Part shown: piece after piece, positions 52,459 to 64,000 of the stretch
Layout: each line of letters opens with the position of its first letter
How positions within the stretch are numbered: position 1 is the first letter of the stretch
NCBI GenBank assembly: GCA_963741555.1
Contig: CAVUIH010000009.1
Span: 10,200 to 74,199, forward strand
Direction: 5' to 3'
Source of the DNA: an uncultured Actinomycetota bacterium
GTDB taxonomy: Bacteria; Actinomycetota; Actinomycetes; Mycobacteriales; Mycobacteriaceae
Length of the DNA: 64,000 bases
Notes under the pieces: generated by a model
Seen by the model: only the letters and a program-made list of their open reading frames with translations
The model's database searches: none
Told to the model about the DNA's origin: nothing
Translations under genes and position numbers: made by a program

Positions 52459-53895
52459 TCAGCTGTCGCCCCCCTTCCCTTCCGGCGCATCGGGTTCCCA
52501 TGTGCCCGGCACCATCGGCATTTTCGGCCCACCACCAAAACCGTTGCTGTTCACCGTCGCCAATCCGGCCGCGGCAGCGACGGCGTCTTTGTCCACCGTG
52601 CCGGCGAATCCGAGCGGGCCCGCGCCGCGATCCGAGGCCACGGCCGCGGCGACCGGCTCCCTGCCAGCCTGCGCAGTCCAGACCGGGTCGACCTCGACAT
52701 TCATGTCGGCGAATTCATCTGCGTGATCGTGTATCTCGGTGCGGCGCCGTCGCCGTGTCCGCGTCTTGTCGCGACTTACCGCGCCGACCGCGGCCGCGGC
52801 GGCGATGGAACTCGCCGGAGCCTTGCTTTCGTCGCGATCGATCAATGTAGGGCCGGGCCCGTCGTCCGGACCGATACCGCCCACCACATAACCGAAACCC
52901 GCTGTCGCGGGTGTGGCTGCCGGGACGGCCGCGGCGGTGCCCGCCGGGGATGTCGCCGGTGCGCTCGCAGCCGATGCCACAGTGGTCGGCGTCACGGCGG
53001 CCGCCGGCATGCCCGCATTCTGTCCGCCCGGCATGCCGGGCACCGCGACCGCCGGCACCTCGGCGGGCTGTGCCAGAAAGGCCGGAATACCAAGGGCTAG
53101 GCCGAGAATGAGCGAAATCAGTGCCGGAGCACTGAGTAGCACCGACCAGAACGTCGTTCCGAACGGGATGAAGAACGCCTCGTAGGCGATGAAAAACAAC
53201 AGTGGGAACCACGCGCTCGGGTTGGCGAGGATCGAACCGATGGTCCCGCTCGGGTCCTGGATGAGCTGGAGCAGTTGGTTGAAGATCTCGGTCAGAAAGT
53301 TTCCCGACGACGGCGGATTGGCTGCGGCCGGCACTGCGTTGTTCGTCTTGACCACCGGCAGCGCCGCGCTGGTGCGTGGAGCCGATGCCATCGCCGTCCC
53401 GGACACCGCCTGGTAGGTGGCCATCGTGGTCGCTGCCTGAACCCACATCCGGGCGTAGTCGGCTTCGTTGAGCGCAATCGGAATCGGAATCGGAATCGTG
53501 TTGATGCCAAAGAAGTTCGTCGCGAGCAGCACGCCGTGAATGGCATGGTTGGCGACCAGTTCCGGTAGCGTCGGCATCGCCGCCAGCGCGCTGGTGTAGG
53601 CGGCCGCCGCGACCTCGTGCTGGGCGGCCACACTGGCGCTGTTCTCGCTGGCTTCGGTCAGCCACGCCAGATACGGCACATGCGCGTTCACGTACTGCTC
53701 GGCGCTGGACCCTTCCCACGCGCCTGCCTGCACCGCGCCCAAGAGTGAGGTGAGTTCGCTTGCCGCTGAGGCATATTCAGCACTCAGCGACGTCCAAGCC
53801 CCGGCAGCCGCGACCAGCGACCCGGGTCCAGGACCGCTACTGAGGAGCACTGAGTGCACCTCAGGCGGCGAAGCCATCCACACCGGCGCGGTCAT
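52459..53895 (-). CDS. ppe4: PPE4 (PPW subfamily)
   Basis: [30 protein letters not shown]. Confidence 0.92.
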   Translation of the reverse strand: MTAPVWMASPPEVHSVLLSSGPGPGSLVAAAGAWTSLSAEYASAASELTSLLGAVQAGAWEGSSAEQYVNAHVPYLAWLTEASENSASVAAQHEVAAAAYTSALAAMPTLPELVANHAIHGVLLATNFFGINTIPIPIPIALNEADYARMWVQAATTMATYQAVSGTAMASAPRTSAALPVVKTNNAVPAAANPPSSGNFLTEIFNQLLQLIQDPSGTIGSILANPSAWFPLLFFIAYEAFFIPFGTTFWSVLLSAPALISLILGLALGIPAFLAQPAEVPAVAVPGMPGGQNAGMPAAAVTPTTVASAASAPATSPAGTAAAVPAATPATAGFGYVVGGIGPDDGPGPTLIDRDESKAPASSIAAAAAVGAVSRDKTRTRRRRRTEIHDHADEFADMNVEVDPVWTAQAGREPVAAAVASDRGAGPLGFAGTVDKDAVAAAAGLATVNSNGFGGGPKMPMVPGTWEPDAPEGKGGDS

Positions 53896-53898
53896 TGT

Positions 53899-54204
53899 CT
53901 ACAGGCCGGCCACGTATGTCGCTGCGGCGGCCGCGTCGCCGGCCGCGTAACTCACACCGGACTCCCCGACACCCACGCCGGCGCGACCGAGCTCTTCGAC
54001 GCCCTCGGCTGCAACAGCGGCGTGCTCACTGCCCTGGGCGCTGAAGCCCGCGGCAGTCTGCAGCGACACCGGGTCAGCGGCCGACGGGACCACGGCAGTG
54101 ATCGCCGGGGCCGCACTCGCCTGCACGGCGGCCAGCCGCGCGGTGATCGCGTCCACGGCGGCGCTGGCCGAGGCCAGGCCTTCGGGAACAACTCGCAGTG
54201 TCAT
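53899..54204 (-). CDS. pe5: PE5
   Basis: [23 protein letters not shown]. Confidence 0.94.
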   Translation of the reverse strand: MTLRVVPEGLASASAAVDAITARLAAVQASAAPAITAVVPSAADPVSLQTAAGFSAQGSEHAAVAAEGVEELGRAGVGVGESGVSYAAGDAAAAATYVAGL

Positions 54205-54228
54205 GACAGATACCCCTTTCGATGAAAC

Positions 54229-57200
54229 TCACCGACCATCGACAGCCACGCTTTCGTCGACGAGCGGATTGACCAATTGCACGTAAGTCGGTGTGTCGCT
54301 GTCGGTGAGCAGGATGCCGCGACCGGCCGGCAACCGGTCGAACCGTTGCCCGCGGACCTTGCCGCCGTCGACCGGATTGCCCGACAGCATCAGCGTTGTC
54401 GCCTGCAGGTCGTTGAAACGACGCAGCAGTTGGCTCGTCATCAGCGCGTGAGCGGCACCGCTCGCACGCGCGGTGATGACGACCCGCAAGCCGAGATCGC
54501 CTGCCTGCGCCAGCAATCCGATCAGCGGAGTCCAGGGACGCTGCCCTACATAGGGACCCGTCATCGCCGGGGTGTCCGGAATCTGGTCGACGTCATCGAT
54601 GATCAGGTAATGGGTGTGACCCTCGAGTGACCATCCGCTCAGCTGTGCCGGCGTGAAGCCCGCTGGTGGGCGCCGCTGTTCGATGAGCGCCGCCAGCCCG
54701 AGCATCGCCGGGGCCACCCGGTCGATGTTGGCTGTGTACTCGTTGTCGGGGAACAGCGGCTCGTCGACGAGATGCAGCCTGCGGTCCAGCACGGTGAACG
54801 CGACCCGGTCGGGTGTCGAATTGTCCCGAATGGTCCGGATGATGTGTCGCAACAAGGTGGTCTTGCCGGACCTGGTGTCGCCCAACACCAGTCAGCAATG
54901 GGTTCTCGGCGAAGTTGAGTTCGACTGCGGCCAAGTCTTCTTCGCGTTGGCCGATGACGATCCGGTCGTCGCCGCCGTACAGCGGTCCGAGTGCGGCCGG
55001 CTCGAGATTTGTCGGCAGCAACCGCACCGGGGGCGCGCTGATCCCCGAGTGGCGCTCGTTGATGGCCGGAATCTGGTCCAGCTCGGGCGCCGCGAACAGG
55101 AAGTGTTCGGCGGCCATGGTCAAACCACGACCGGGCTGGTCGGCGGGCACCGCCTCGGCCGGCCGGTGCAGTGCGCCGACCACGCGGACGTTGCTGTCGC
55201 GTGCGTCGTGCAGCTTGAGCTCCAGCCGCAGCCCCAGGCCGTCCCGCATCGCCAGCGGCACCTCGAGCCAGCTGGGCGTGGTGACGACGACGTGGATGCC
55301 GTAGGCCAGTCCGACGTTCACCAGCTCAGTCACCTTGCTCAGCAACGGGTTCCGGGTGTTGAACTGGTCGGTGTTGTCCCGACTGAATGCGTACAGGTTG
55401 TCGATGACCAGGAACACCTGGCCCAGCCCGTCGTCGGGGCCCTGCTTGTCGCGGAACACCTCGCGCTGCTGACGTGACCGCAGTAGTTGCTCGAGTTCAC
55501 CGAAGGTCCGGCGGATGCGTTCGGGTTCAAGTGACGATGCGACGCTGCCGACGTGCGCCAAGTCTTCCAGCGCCCGCAACTGCCCACCGCCATAATCCAG
55601 GCAGTAAAAGCTCACCTCACGCGGCGAGTGCAGACTTGCCGCCGACAGGATGAACGTCTGCAGGGCAGTAGATTTCCCGGACTTCGCGCCTCCGTGGATC
55701 ACCAGGTTGCCGGCCGCCGACCTCGCGTCGAATACCAGCGAGTCGCGGCGCATCTGGAACGGTTTGTCGATTTCGCCCAGCGGCCAACGCCATTCGCCTC
55801 GCGGCACCGCCGCGCGCGCCAGCGCTTTGCTCAACGGGATGACCTCGTCGAGCGGCGGCAGCCACAGCTCAGGCGCACGCGGGCCGTAACGCGCAAGCTG
55901 GTCACCGATCGTCGCGATCAACTTGCGAGACGGGGCGACCGGCTCGTCGTGACCGTTCTTGGCGATCACCGTGGTCTGGTCGGGCTCGACCCGGGCGGCA
56001 CTGAACAACTTCGGCTCGGGAACCGAGTGCACCACAAGCATTTTCGGTGCCTGCGGGGCGTCGTAGATGCCGTCGACGTAGGTGCTCCGGAATTTGATCG
56101 GAGCGGCGCCGGGGGCGGGCACCAGGAAGCCCACGCCTTTGTGCTCCCTACCGGCCTCGATGTGATAGGCGTCCTCCACACCGATGATCGAGCGCGATAC
56201 CGCGGGGCTGGCCACCTTCAGACCGATCCGGTAGGAGGTGTTCTTGTCGATGTCCTTGATCTTGCCCACGTCCAGGGTCTGCGACGCGAACAGGATGTGG
56301 ATGCGGAACGAACGGCCTTTACGCGCGACGTAGTCGAACAACTCCGCGTACTCGGGGTGATCGGCCAGCATCAACGTGAATTCGTCGGCGACGACGAACA
56401 GCGTCGGAATCGGTGCCAGATCGTGCCCGGCGGCGATCGCGTTCTCGTACTCGGTCACCGAGTTGAACGCGCTGCCCTGGACCTGGCGTCCGGCCTCACG
56501 CAGGATCATTTCCCGGCGGGCAACCTCGCCGCGGAGCGTGTCGGCGAACCGGTCGGCCAGCGACTTCTTCTCGGCCATGTTCGAGATCACCGCGACGACC
56601 TGTGGGAAGTTGCGGAAGATGTCTGCGCCGGCCTCACCCTTGAAGTCCGCGTAGATCACGATCAGCCGTTCTGCGGAGTGAGTTGTCAACAGCGACAGCA
56701 GGATCGACATCAACGTCTGCGACTTGCCCGCACCGGTCATACCGATCATCAAGCCGTGCGGCCCCATGCCGCCCTCGGCTTCGTCTTTGAGGTCGAACAT
56801 CAACGGCTCACCGGTCGCGGTCACGCCGATCGGCACCCGCAACTCGTCGTCGCGACGTCGCGGGGCCCACAACGTCGGGACATCGAGCCGCGATGCGTCC
56901 GGGATTCCCAGCAGCGTGGTGAAGGTGGCGCCGCGGGTCGCGGTCGACTGCAGGCCGCTGTGCGTCGGGTTGGAGTCCCATCGGGACAGCCGCCGAGCGA
57001 GGTGCACGGCCTCTTCTGCCCGTAGCTGATCGGCGTTGTCGATGTAGCGCTGCCAGCCGCCGGTCTGCCACCGGTCGATCGCTCCGTCTGGGCTTCCCCC
57101 GCCGACCCTCCCGGTGAGCCGCAGGATCGGTCGCTCAGGGTCGGAATACTGTTCGCGATGCGGTGGGGTGGCCGACCGGTAGATGACCGTGACTCCGGCG

Positions 57201-58201
57201 CGACCTGCGGCCAGCGGCGAGCCGCCCAGGTCGAAATCCGGATCGTCGACGACGATCACCAAGTGCCGCAACGCATCAGACGGTCCGCCGGTGAACGCCG
57301 GGCGATCGGTGAGGGTCGGCCCCAGCAGGGCGATCAGTTCGTCGGGCTTGGCGGACAAATAGCGGGCTGGGCCCACACCGTCCATCTCGGCCGGGATATC
57401 CACGTGCGGGAGCCATTTCAGCCATGACCAATCCGGCGACTCGAGATTCGGCGTAGCCACCGCGACGCCGAGCACGGTCGGGTCGTGCCAGGTCACCGCC
57501 TGAGCGACCCAGGCACGCAAGGCAGCGCGCACCTCGTCGTCATTACCGAGCACGGTGATCCGCGAAACCTTGGCCAGATCGATACCGGTCGGCACGTCGT
57601 GCACAGTGCGCTGGGTGTCCAGCAGGCTGCGTAATGCGCTGTGCGACACCGGTTCCAGGTCGACCTCGTCGGCGGTGTCGTTGACGCGCAGCGCGGTGTC
57701 CAAGGTGGCGGTGTGTACCCCGGCGCGCACTACCAGGAAGTCGCCGTCGTGAGGATCGCGCTCCCACTGCCGGCGCGACCCCGGGATCGCGGCCAACTCC
57801 ACCGGGTCCGGATGCGACCATTCGGCCGCGGCGCGTTGCGCGGACGCCTGCGCCCGGATGTTGTCCCGCACCACCGACAGGTAACGCAGGTAGTCGGCGC
57901 GTTCGGCGTCGACTTCTTCGGTGCGCGATTTGTTGTCTCCGCCACGGAAGAACGCGGTGGCGGCGAGCAGCAGGACGAAGGGGAAGAACAGAGTTTGCGG
58001 CGAGATCAGTCGCATCCCGGTGGCGACCATGGCGACGATCATTCCGACGATCAGCAACACGATCACCACCGGCAGCGCCCGCTTCAGCAACGACGGCGGG
58101 ATGACCCGAGGCAGTTCGGGCGGCGCCTCGATACTGATGCTGCCCTTGCGGGTCACCGGCGAGGGCAGCCTGCGGCGTGCCTCGAAGATCAAGCGGCTCA
58201 T
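54229..58201 (-). CDS. eccC3: ESX-3 FtsK/SpoIIIE ATPase EccC3; frameshift near 54893
   Basis: [24 protein letters not shown] (third Walker A in 54229..54888). Confidence 0.93.
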
Positions 58202-59772
58202 CGGGTTTGTCCTTCGGCTTCAGCGCGGCCAGGTCGAGAGTCGGGGGCCAGCCCGTCGTGAGCGAGCAGCGCGTCGGCACGCGACAGCGTCGGACCGGGC
58301 GCGTATAGCGACAGGATGGACCAGGGAGCCGGCGTCGGCGGCGAGCTCAGGCCAAGGGCCTCAGCCGTTTTGGACTGGCCGGTGGGCCCGGCCTGAGCGG
58401 CTTCGTTGTCGATGCCGTATCGGACGCCGGTGTCAGAGACCCAGAACAGTGAGCCGGCGGCCGGTGACGACGAGCCCTGCCCGACCGTCTGGGTGAAGTA
58501 CCCGCGGCCGGGGGCCATCGCGACCCGGCTGGCCGTGCCGCCGCTGCCGGCACCGACGAGATCCTCGGTGTGCAGCGCGTCCGGAATCGGAAGCGCCGAA
58601 CCCGTTAGCAACGTCAGCGAATTCGTGCTAGCTCCGGCCAACTTGTTCCAGTGCGCGCAGGTGACCGGATCATGAGAAGCGTCGACGAGAGCGATCCGCT
58701 GCTCGGGGTACCGGCTGGTATCCAGCGCTTTCGACACCGGCAGCTTGGCGATTCTGTCGGCGCCCAGCCGCGGCGGCTGATCCAGGCCGTAGGAGTTCGA
58801 GTTGCGCAGAATCGCCGCCAGCACCGGCGAGATCGGCTGGAGGCCGTCGGGCAGCACCGCGTAATACAGCGCGCTGTTGCCCGAAGTGCTTTCCAGCCCA
58901 TGAGATTCGACGACCGCACCGATCGGCGCGGGCACCGGGAAGCGCGCGGGGCCGCCGGCGTCCGGGATCACGGGCACAGCCAGCGGCGGTGCCTCGGGGA
59001 TCGCATTGAACAAGCCGACGGCGACCGGCCTCGGCGTGGGGATATCCGAACCCAGGCCCAGCGCATTGGTCACCGCGTGGTCGGTCAGGTCGATCCGGCT
59101 GCGCCGGCCGTCCCACAACAGCCAGCTGCCGGTGGCGTTGCTGACCAGAACACCGTTCCCGGTGGGCAAGGTCTTCGCGCGGGCGCCGCTGCTGTCGAGG
59201 GCACCGGCGATCACCGTGGTCCCGGCGGCCGCGCCGGAGGCGGAATCGCAGACTGTCCAGTCGGCGTCCTTGCGGGTGTTCTGCTCCATCCGCTGCGGCG
59301 CGCCGGGGATACCGATCAGGTTGCCAAGCGGAAACTTGTCCAGCTCAGCGCTTTTCACCATGGTCGGATTGTCCGGCCGGCCGGCGATCAGTCGTGCCGA
59401 AGCCAGGTTCAGGACCGGATGCAGCTGATCGCCAACGCGCACGTAGAGCGCGGAGGTCGATCGGTCGGCCAGCACCGCTTTGCCGGCCGCCGACCCGTTC
59501 GGCCGGATCAGCGAGAAGACGAAGCAGCCGGCGAGCGCTGTGATCAGCACGATGACACCCATCAGGACCGCGCGCGTCTGCGTGCGCAGCGGGTCGACGA
59601 GCATCCGGGTGTCGTGTAGCGCGACACCAGAAGCGATGCGGCGCATGACAAATCGCCATCCGGTCACCTGGTGACGGGTGACGAACCCGCGGCGGTAGAT
59701 GACCTTGTCGGGGTTGTCGTTGACGGGGGTGCGCGACGCGAACGAGCGCCGGTCGTCTTCGGGCTCAGTCAT
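58198..59772 (-). CDS. eccB3: ESX-3 component EccB3
   Basis: [35 protein letters not shown]. Confidence 0.94.
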   Translation of the reverse strand: MTEPEDDRRSFASRTPVNDNPDKVIYRRGFVTRHQVTGWRFVMRRIASGVALHDTRMLVDPLRTQTRAVLMGVIVLITALAGCFVFSLIRPNGSAAGKAVLADRSTSALYVRVGDQLHPVLNLASARLIAGRPDNPTMVKSAELDKFPLGNLIGIPGAPQRMEQNTRKDADWTVCDSASGAAAGTTVIAGALDSSGARAKTLPTGNGVLVSNATGSWLLWDGRRSRIDLTDHAVTNALGLGSDIPTPRPVAVGLFNAIPEAPPLAVPVIPDAGGPARFPVPAPIGAVVESHGLESTSGNSALYYAVLPDGLQPISPVLAAILRNSNSYGLDQPPRLGADRIAKLPVSKALDTSRYPEQRIALVDASHDPVTCAHWNKLAGASTNSLTLLTGSALPIPDALHTEDLVGAGSGGTASRVAMAPGRGYFTQTVGQGSSSPAAGSLFWVSDTGVRYGIDNEAAQAGPTGQSKTAEALGLSSPPTPAPWSILSLYAPGPTLSRADALLAHDGLAPDSRPGRAEAEGQTR

Positions 59773-59826
59773 CAGCGCCGCTCCTCCTCATTGCTTCGCT
59801 CTGCATCGTCGCCGGCTCGGGGGCGG

Positions 59827-61668
59827 TCATACCGGTGTCTCCAGCCGTAGGCCTTCCAGCAGCGGCGGCACCGTGTTGGCGACGTCGGCGGCGGTGATGG
59901 TCATGAGTTCCTCGTCGGTGAATTCACCGGTTTGGGCGTGCTCGGAGTGGTCCAACCGGAATTCCCGTTCCTCTTCAGACTTTTCGACGACGTTGCGGAC
60001 GAATCGACCGTTACCGGCGATGTCCAGACCGCGGCGTTCGACGCCGGTCGAATCGGCCTTGGTCGTGCTGGCCAGGTGAGCGAACAGCGACTCCAGATCG
60101 TCGAGTGCCGCCTGCTCGAATGTGCTGTCGCGCCTGGTGGCCATGAAGTTGGCGATCTCGATCAGTTCGGGAGGCTGATACGACGGGAAGTCGATGGTGC
60201 GGGTGAACCGCGAGCGCAGACCCTGGTTGGTATCCAGGAACCGGTCAAGGTCGGCGCGATAACCCGCGATGATCACCACCAGCCGGTCGCGGTCGTTTTC
60301 CATGCGGGCCAGCAACGTGTCGATGGCCACCAAACCGAAGTCGTTCTTGGCCCCGGTGGCCACCAGCGCGTAGGCCTCGTCCAGGAACAGCACGCCGTCC
60401 AGTGCGCTGTCGATGATCGCGTTGGTCTTGGCTTCGGTCTCACCGATGTGCTGACCGATCAGATCGGCACGGTGCACTTCTTTGATGTTTTCTTTCTTCA
60501 AAAGGCCCAGACCGCAATAGATTTTGGCAACCACGCGGGCGATGGTGGTTTTGCCGGTTCCGGGCGGACCGGTGAACACCAGGTGGTGGGTGCGTTGGGC
60601 CACCTCCAGCCCGCGCTCCCGTCGCACCAACTCCATCGCCACCGCACTCTTGAGCCGGGCAACCTGGTCTTTGACCTTCTCCAGGCCGATGAACTCGTCG
60701 AGTTCGCGCTCGGCCTCGGACAGCAGCACGGCCTTACGCTCCTGGGCGCCGGGATCGACGAACTCACCGGGCTTGGGCTCGGTCGCCGGATCCCACGGGT
60801 CGACGCGCGCGTCGATGCGGTCCGCCGTGGTCGGCACGATCCCGAAGCTGGTGTCGGTCAGCGCCTCTTCGACCTCGGCGTTCTCCGGGTTGGCTGCGTA
60901 CAGGTCCTGCAGCACCTCGCGGGCGGTGTCCTCCTCGCCGTCGGCACGCAGTGACAGCGCCTTGGCCAGTCCGCCGTCCACCGCGGCGACGGCGATCGGG
61001 CCGTCCGGCTCCTCGAGGTAGGCCAACGCCGCAGCGAACATCCCCAGCCGGGCCAGCGAAACCCCGAGGGCGATCTTGACGGCGTGCGCGTAGTGGTCGT
61101 CGAGGTCAGGGTCGTTGACGATCGGCGACAGCAGCTTGACGACGTCAGCCCACCGTTCCGCGCGGTATTGGACGGTCGCCGCGACCCAGCGGGCCTCCCG
61201 CGAGCTCGGCCGCCGCTCGCTGACTTCGGTGACCAGCTTGTGGGCATCAGCAAATCGACCATCGGTGGCCAGGGCCGCAGCGTAGGCAAGGTGGTAGTCG
61301 TCTGGCTCGGTCGCGCGGAACCGCAGGTACAGGCCGGTGTCGTAGTGGAATCCCAACACGCCCGGCGCCAGTTCCACGTGACGCTGCAGCAGTCCGGCGG
61401 TCGCCGTGTTGTGCGAAATCGCTTCCAGCACACGGGTGGACGTGTCGCCGGCGGCAGCAAGCCCGACCCAGGCGTCGCACTGGTCGTGGGCGATACGGAC
61501 GAGGCCGTTGAACCCGGAGCGGGCAGCGGTCAAATCAGCCGGGCGTTTGCGGTCGTAGACGGTCAGCCCGAGCGCGCGGCAACAAGTGGCGAATCGGCTC
61601 GTGGTGTCACCGTCCACCCGGACCGTGACGGGCCGGGTGGCGACGATGCCGGTTTCAGCGGTTTCCAC
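59827..61668 (-). CDS. eccA3: ESX-3 AAA ATPase EccA3
   Basis: TPR-like N-domain, GPPGTGKT, LFLDEAY, GNGRFVRN. Confidence 0.95.
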   Translation of the reverse strand: METAETGIVATRPVTVRVDGDTTSRFATCCRALGLTVYDRKRPADLTAARSGFNGLVRIAHDQCDAWVGLAAAGDTSTRVLEAISHNTATAGLLQRHVELAPGVLGFHYDTGLYLRFRATEPDDYHLAYAAALATDGRFADAHKLVTEVSERRPSSREARWVAATVQYRAERWADVVKLLSPIVNDPDLDDHYAHAVKIALGVSLARLGMFAAALAYLEEPDGPIAVAAVDGGLAKALSLRADGEEDTAREVLQDLYAANPENAEVEEALTDTSFGIVPTTADRIDARVDPWDPATEPKPGEFVDPGAQERKAVLLSEAERELDEFIGLEKVKDQVARLKSAVAMELVRRERGLEVAQRTHHLVFTGPPGTGKTTIARVVAKIYCGLGLLKKENIKEVHRADLIGQHIGETEAKTNAIIDSALDGVLFLDEAYALVATGAKNDFGLVAIDTLLARMENDRDRLVVIIAGYRADLDRFLDTNQGLRSRFTRTIDFPSYQPPELIEIANFMATRRDSTFEQAALDDLESLFAHLASTTKADSTGVERRGLDIAGNGRFVRNVVEKSEEEREFRLDHSEHAQTGEFTDEELMTITAADVANTVPPLLEGLRLETPV

Positions 61669-61689
61669 GCCTCAGACTCCCCTTCGGAC

Positions 61690-61708
61690 GTAGTGTTGCC
61701 TAAGCTAA
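61690..61708 (-). promoter_or_regulatory. Putative IdeR box upstream of eccA3
   Basis: Minus strand TTAGCTTAGGCAACACTAC, 14/19 match to TTAGGTTAGGCTAACCTAA. Confidence 0.65.
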
Positions 61709-61889
61709 CTTCGGGCGAAGTTAGCATTGCACAAGCCGAGTGTCGAGACGCACCTCTTGGCTTGACGCATGGCTTCGGTCACGCCCACACCAAAGCCCAA
61801 CCGTCGCAGGTCAGTCCGCATGACAACCCTCGGTGGCCGCTTTTGGGTGCGGCGCGACAAAGAAGGTTTCCATGCCGCTCACACCCCGG

Positions 61890-61912
61890 TTATTGAAAAT
61901 GAATGTCGTTAG
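61890..61912. promoter_or_regulatory. Putative Zur box upstream of esx-3
   Basis: TTATTGAAAATGAATGTCGTTAG resembles the mycobacterial Zur palindrome (TTGAAAATnATTTTC core); AT-rich in a GC-rich background. Confidence 0.72.
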
Positions 61913-61937
61913 CGGATTACTGTACGCCATCTGCTTC

Positions 61938-62843
61938 TCACTGTTTGACCGCCAGGACCAAAGTGTTGCGAGCGATCATCGGCCCGGCCTCGGTATCCGG
62001 TCCGGGCACCGGGCGGTCCACTTCGCGCAGGTAGTCCGCCAATGCAGTCGCGGCCGCCGTCCAGCCGTGCTCGCCGAACCACTGCTCCGCCGGAGCGTGC
62101 TGCTCGTTGTAGATCAGTTGGAAGAACAGCCGCTCGTCCCCCTCGGCTCGCGCTGCGCGCTCCGCCGCCACGGCGGCTTCGAAAGCTTCGGCAGGCATCG
62201 GCACGCCATCTTCGACCGCAACGTGACTTCCCGAACTGGCCAGCGAATCAATTCCGGTGAAGAGCTGCTGCTGAGCGGTGGCGGGCAGGTAGAGCAACAG
62301 GCCTTCGGCGATCCATGCCGAGGGCTTTGCCGCATCGAACCCAGCGTCGCGCAGCGCCTGCGGCCAGTCGTCACGCAGATCGACGGCGACCTCGCGGCGC
62401 TCGGCGTTGGGTTCGGCGCCCTGCTCGGTGAGCACCTCACGCTTGAAGTCGAGGACCTGTGGCTGGTCCAGCTCGAAGATCGTGGTCCCGTCCGGCCAGG
62501 ACAGCCGGTAGGCACGGGAGTCCAGACCGGCGGCCAGGATGACCACTTGCCTCACCCCGGCGTCAGCGGCCTGCCGAAAGTAGTCGTCGAAGTATTTGGT
62601 GCGGGCACCTTGGAAGTTGACGAAACTCTCACCCCAGTCGGGTGTTTTGAGCTGATGTTCGGGAGCCTTTCCGTCGAGCACGTCGGCCGCGCTGCCGCCG
62701 ACCGCATGACAGAAGATCCCCGCGAAGGGGTCGTTCGCCAGCGGGTCGGGCTTCTGCGCCTCCAATGCTCGAGCGGTTGCGACCAATAACGCGGTCGAAC
62801 CGACGCTTGTGGTGATGTCCCAGTTGTCGTCATCTGTACGCAC
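61938..62843 (-). CDS. SAM-dependent methyltransferase (LCM family, Rv0281 orthologue)
   Basis: [36 protein letters not shown]. Confidence 0.93.
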   Translation of the reverse strand: MRTDDDNWDITTSVGSTALLVATARALEAQKPDPLANDPFAGIFCHAVGGSAADVLDGKAPEHQLKTPDWGESFVNFQGARTKYFDDYFRQAADAGVRQVVILAAGLDSRAYRLSWPDGTTIFELDQPQVLDFKREVLTEQGAEPNAERREVAVDLRDDWPQALRDAGFDAAKPSAWIAEGLLLYLPATAQQQLFTGIDSLASSGSHVAVEDGVPMPAEAFEAAVAAERAARAEGDERLFFQLIYNEQHAPAEQWFGEHGWTAAATALADYLREVDRPVPGPDTEAGPMIARNTLVLAVKQ

Positions 62844-62957
62844 GTAAACCGACCCTACGCCCGACCAGCGTTGCCCGATTCAGCCACGACGGCAGTCAAT
62901 ACGACGTCGTGTCGTACAACAAGACCCTGTCCGGGTAGGGGGTATTCGCTTGCCCCG

Positions 62958-63845
62958 CTAGACCAATGGCCGGCCGGCCTTGATCCGGCGGTCCAGGTCC
63001 CACAGCAGCACGTTGAACGGGAATCGCCGGACGAATCGTGGCATCAGGTTGTTGACCGTCCGCAGCACCGCGATCAGCCGGTCGAATCGCTTCTGCCTGG
63101 CGGCATCCCACTTGAAGCGCATCTCGTCGCGAAAGCGTTGCGGCAGAAAGCCGGTGGTGATCAGCAAGCCGAGACTCTCTGGCAGCCGGCGAAGCCACGC
63201 GGGCGCCGGCAGTGCCTGGATGCGGCCGACGGCGATCGGATAGAGGTACTCGCGAACGGCGTCGTCGATGTGAACCTTGTCGAGCTGTTCCTGCCAGTAG
63301 CGGTCGAACGCGGCGCGGTCCGGCGGCCACATCTCCGGCGGCACCTGCAAGGTGGTGCCGAGCACCATGCCTTCGCGGTAGCGCTCGTCGGCGTCCTGCT
63401 CATCGATCTCGCCGACGAATGTGCGATAGAAGTCGACGCCGCCCTTGTAAAGGCACGCGGCGACCCACAACTGCAGATCGTGGTCGAACGCGTTGTAGTC
63501 GACCGGGCTCTCGGCGGTCGAATACACCTGGGCGTGCGCACGGTTGACCGCGCGCCGGAACGCCGCCTTCTGCGTGTCGGTCCCGGCCATCGCCACCGCG
63601 AGGTAGGTGAACGTGGTGCGTGCCCGCTTGATCGGGTGCAGGTCGATACGCCCGGTCTCGACGCGACTCTCCATGACGCCGTAACCGACACCTGGCCGGG
63701 CCAGCTGCATGATCACATTGGCCGGGCCGAGCAGCAGCGCCATTCCCATCAGCTGATCGGCGAGGCGGGCGCCCGGCCGTGGCCGAGTTATCGGCGGATC
63801 GCTCAGGGTGCGCTCGACATGGCTGATTGGTTCGCCGACCGTCAT
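62958..63845 (-). CDS. MpaB/DUF2236 oxygenase-like protein (Rv0276 orthologue)
   Basis: GPANVIMQLARPGVGYGV, AVNRAH, LWVAACLY. Confidence 0.85.
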   Translation of the reverse strand: MTVGEPISHVERTLSDPPITRPRPGARLADQLMGMALLLGPANVIMQLARPGVGYGVMESRVETGRIDLHPIKRARTTFTYLAVAMAGTDTQKAAFRRAVNRAHAQVYSTAESPVDYNAFDHDLQLWVAACLYKGGVDFYRTFVGEIDEQDADERYREGMVLGTTLQVPPEMWPPDRAAFDRYWQEQLDKVHIDDAVREYLYPIAVGRIQALPAPAWLRRLPESLGLLITTGFLPQRFRDEMRFKWDAARQKRFDRLIAVLRTVNNLMPRFVRRFPFNVLLWDLDRRIKAGRPLV

Positions 63846-63925
63846 CGCACCCCTGCCCGCTAATTCTGAGAACGTTTGTTTCCTGATATTGCCGCGCGCT
63901 GCGGACCGGTGTCAAGATGGGGTTC

Positions 63926-64000
63926 ATGGCCAGTGCCCAGACGACGACCGCGCGGCCCTACGGCGGCGTCGATGCCGCCGACCGTCTGGCGGCCCGGCGG
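63926..64000 (+). CDS. 5' end of a TetR regulator (Rv0275c-like), runs out of window
   Basis: MASAQTTTARPYGGVDAADRLAARR, divergent from the mpaB-like gene. Confidence 0.65.
   Translation, partial: MASAQTTTARPYGGVDAADRLAARR

Noticed and set aside
54229-54893. Natural split of EccC into a/b subunits or programmed frameshift
   Set aside because: The break falls just before the third Walker A, not at the known EccCa/EccCb junction, and looks like the other single-base indels
63862-63890. Operator palindrome between the mpaB-like gene and tetR
   Set aside because: Only about 6/9 symmetric; plausible but too weak to call

Overview
High-GC mycobacterial chromosome segment, probably a slow-growing non-tuberculous Mycobacterium (it has a PPE-SVP gene and a Zur box at esx-3). 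It is colinear with M. tuberculosis Rv0338c down to Rv0275c. Order: Fe-S reductase (ispQ-like), aspC, an orphan PPE, rmlA, udgA, three tandem paralogous membrane proteins, dcd, tRNA-Gly(CCC), a 5.7 kb integrase-less islet bounded by a 27 bp tRNA repeat, lipid/stress genes (thiolase + DUF35, PP2C + STAS, L,D-transpeptidase, TetR-P450-SDR, cutinase), the Rv0313-Rv0306 orthologues, atsG-stf0-tam, and a complete ESX-3 locus with IdeR and Zur boxes. About 14 genes are broken by small indels without nonsense codons, most likely assembly errors, so several proteins had to be rebuilt across frames by eye. Best candidate for an undescribed system: five related single-pass membrane proteins, each with a degenerate Hsp70/actin-fold cytoplasmic domain, an LA[YW]S motif, one TM helix, a Pro-rich stalk, a PIPVPIP-like motif and a different low-complexity outer tip (GGFG in two copies, PrP-like WGHGGG, TTGG, QQQNPY). 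One copy sits on the tRNA islet next to an SdpA-like/HTTM modifier pair. ESX-3 also carries unusual variants: MycP3 catalytic His to Arg, and an IPIP insertion in the EspG-binding tip of PPE4. All family assignments are from motif recognition and recall; no searches were run.
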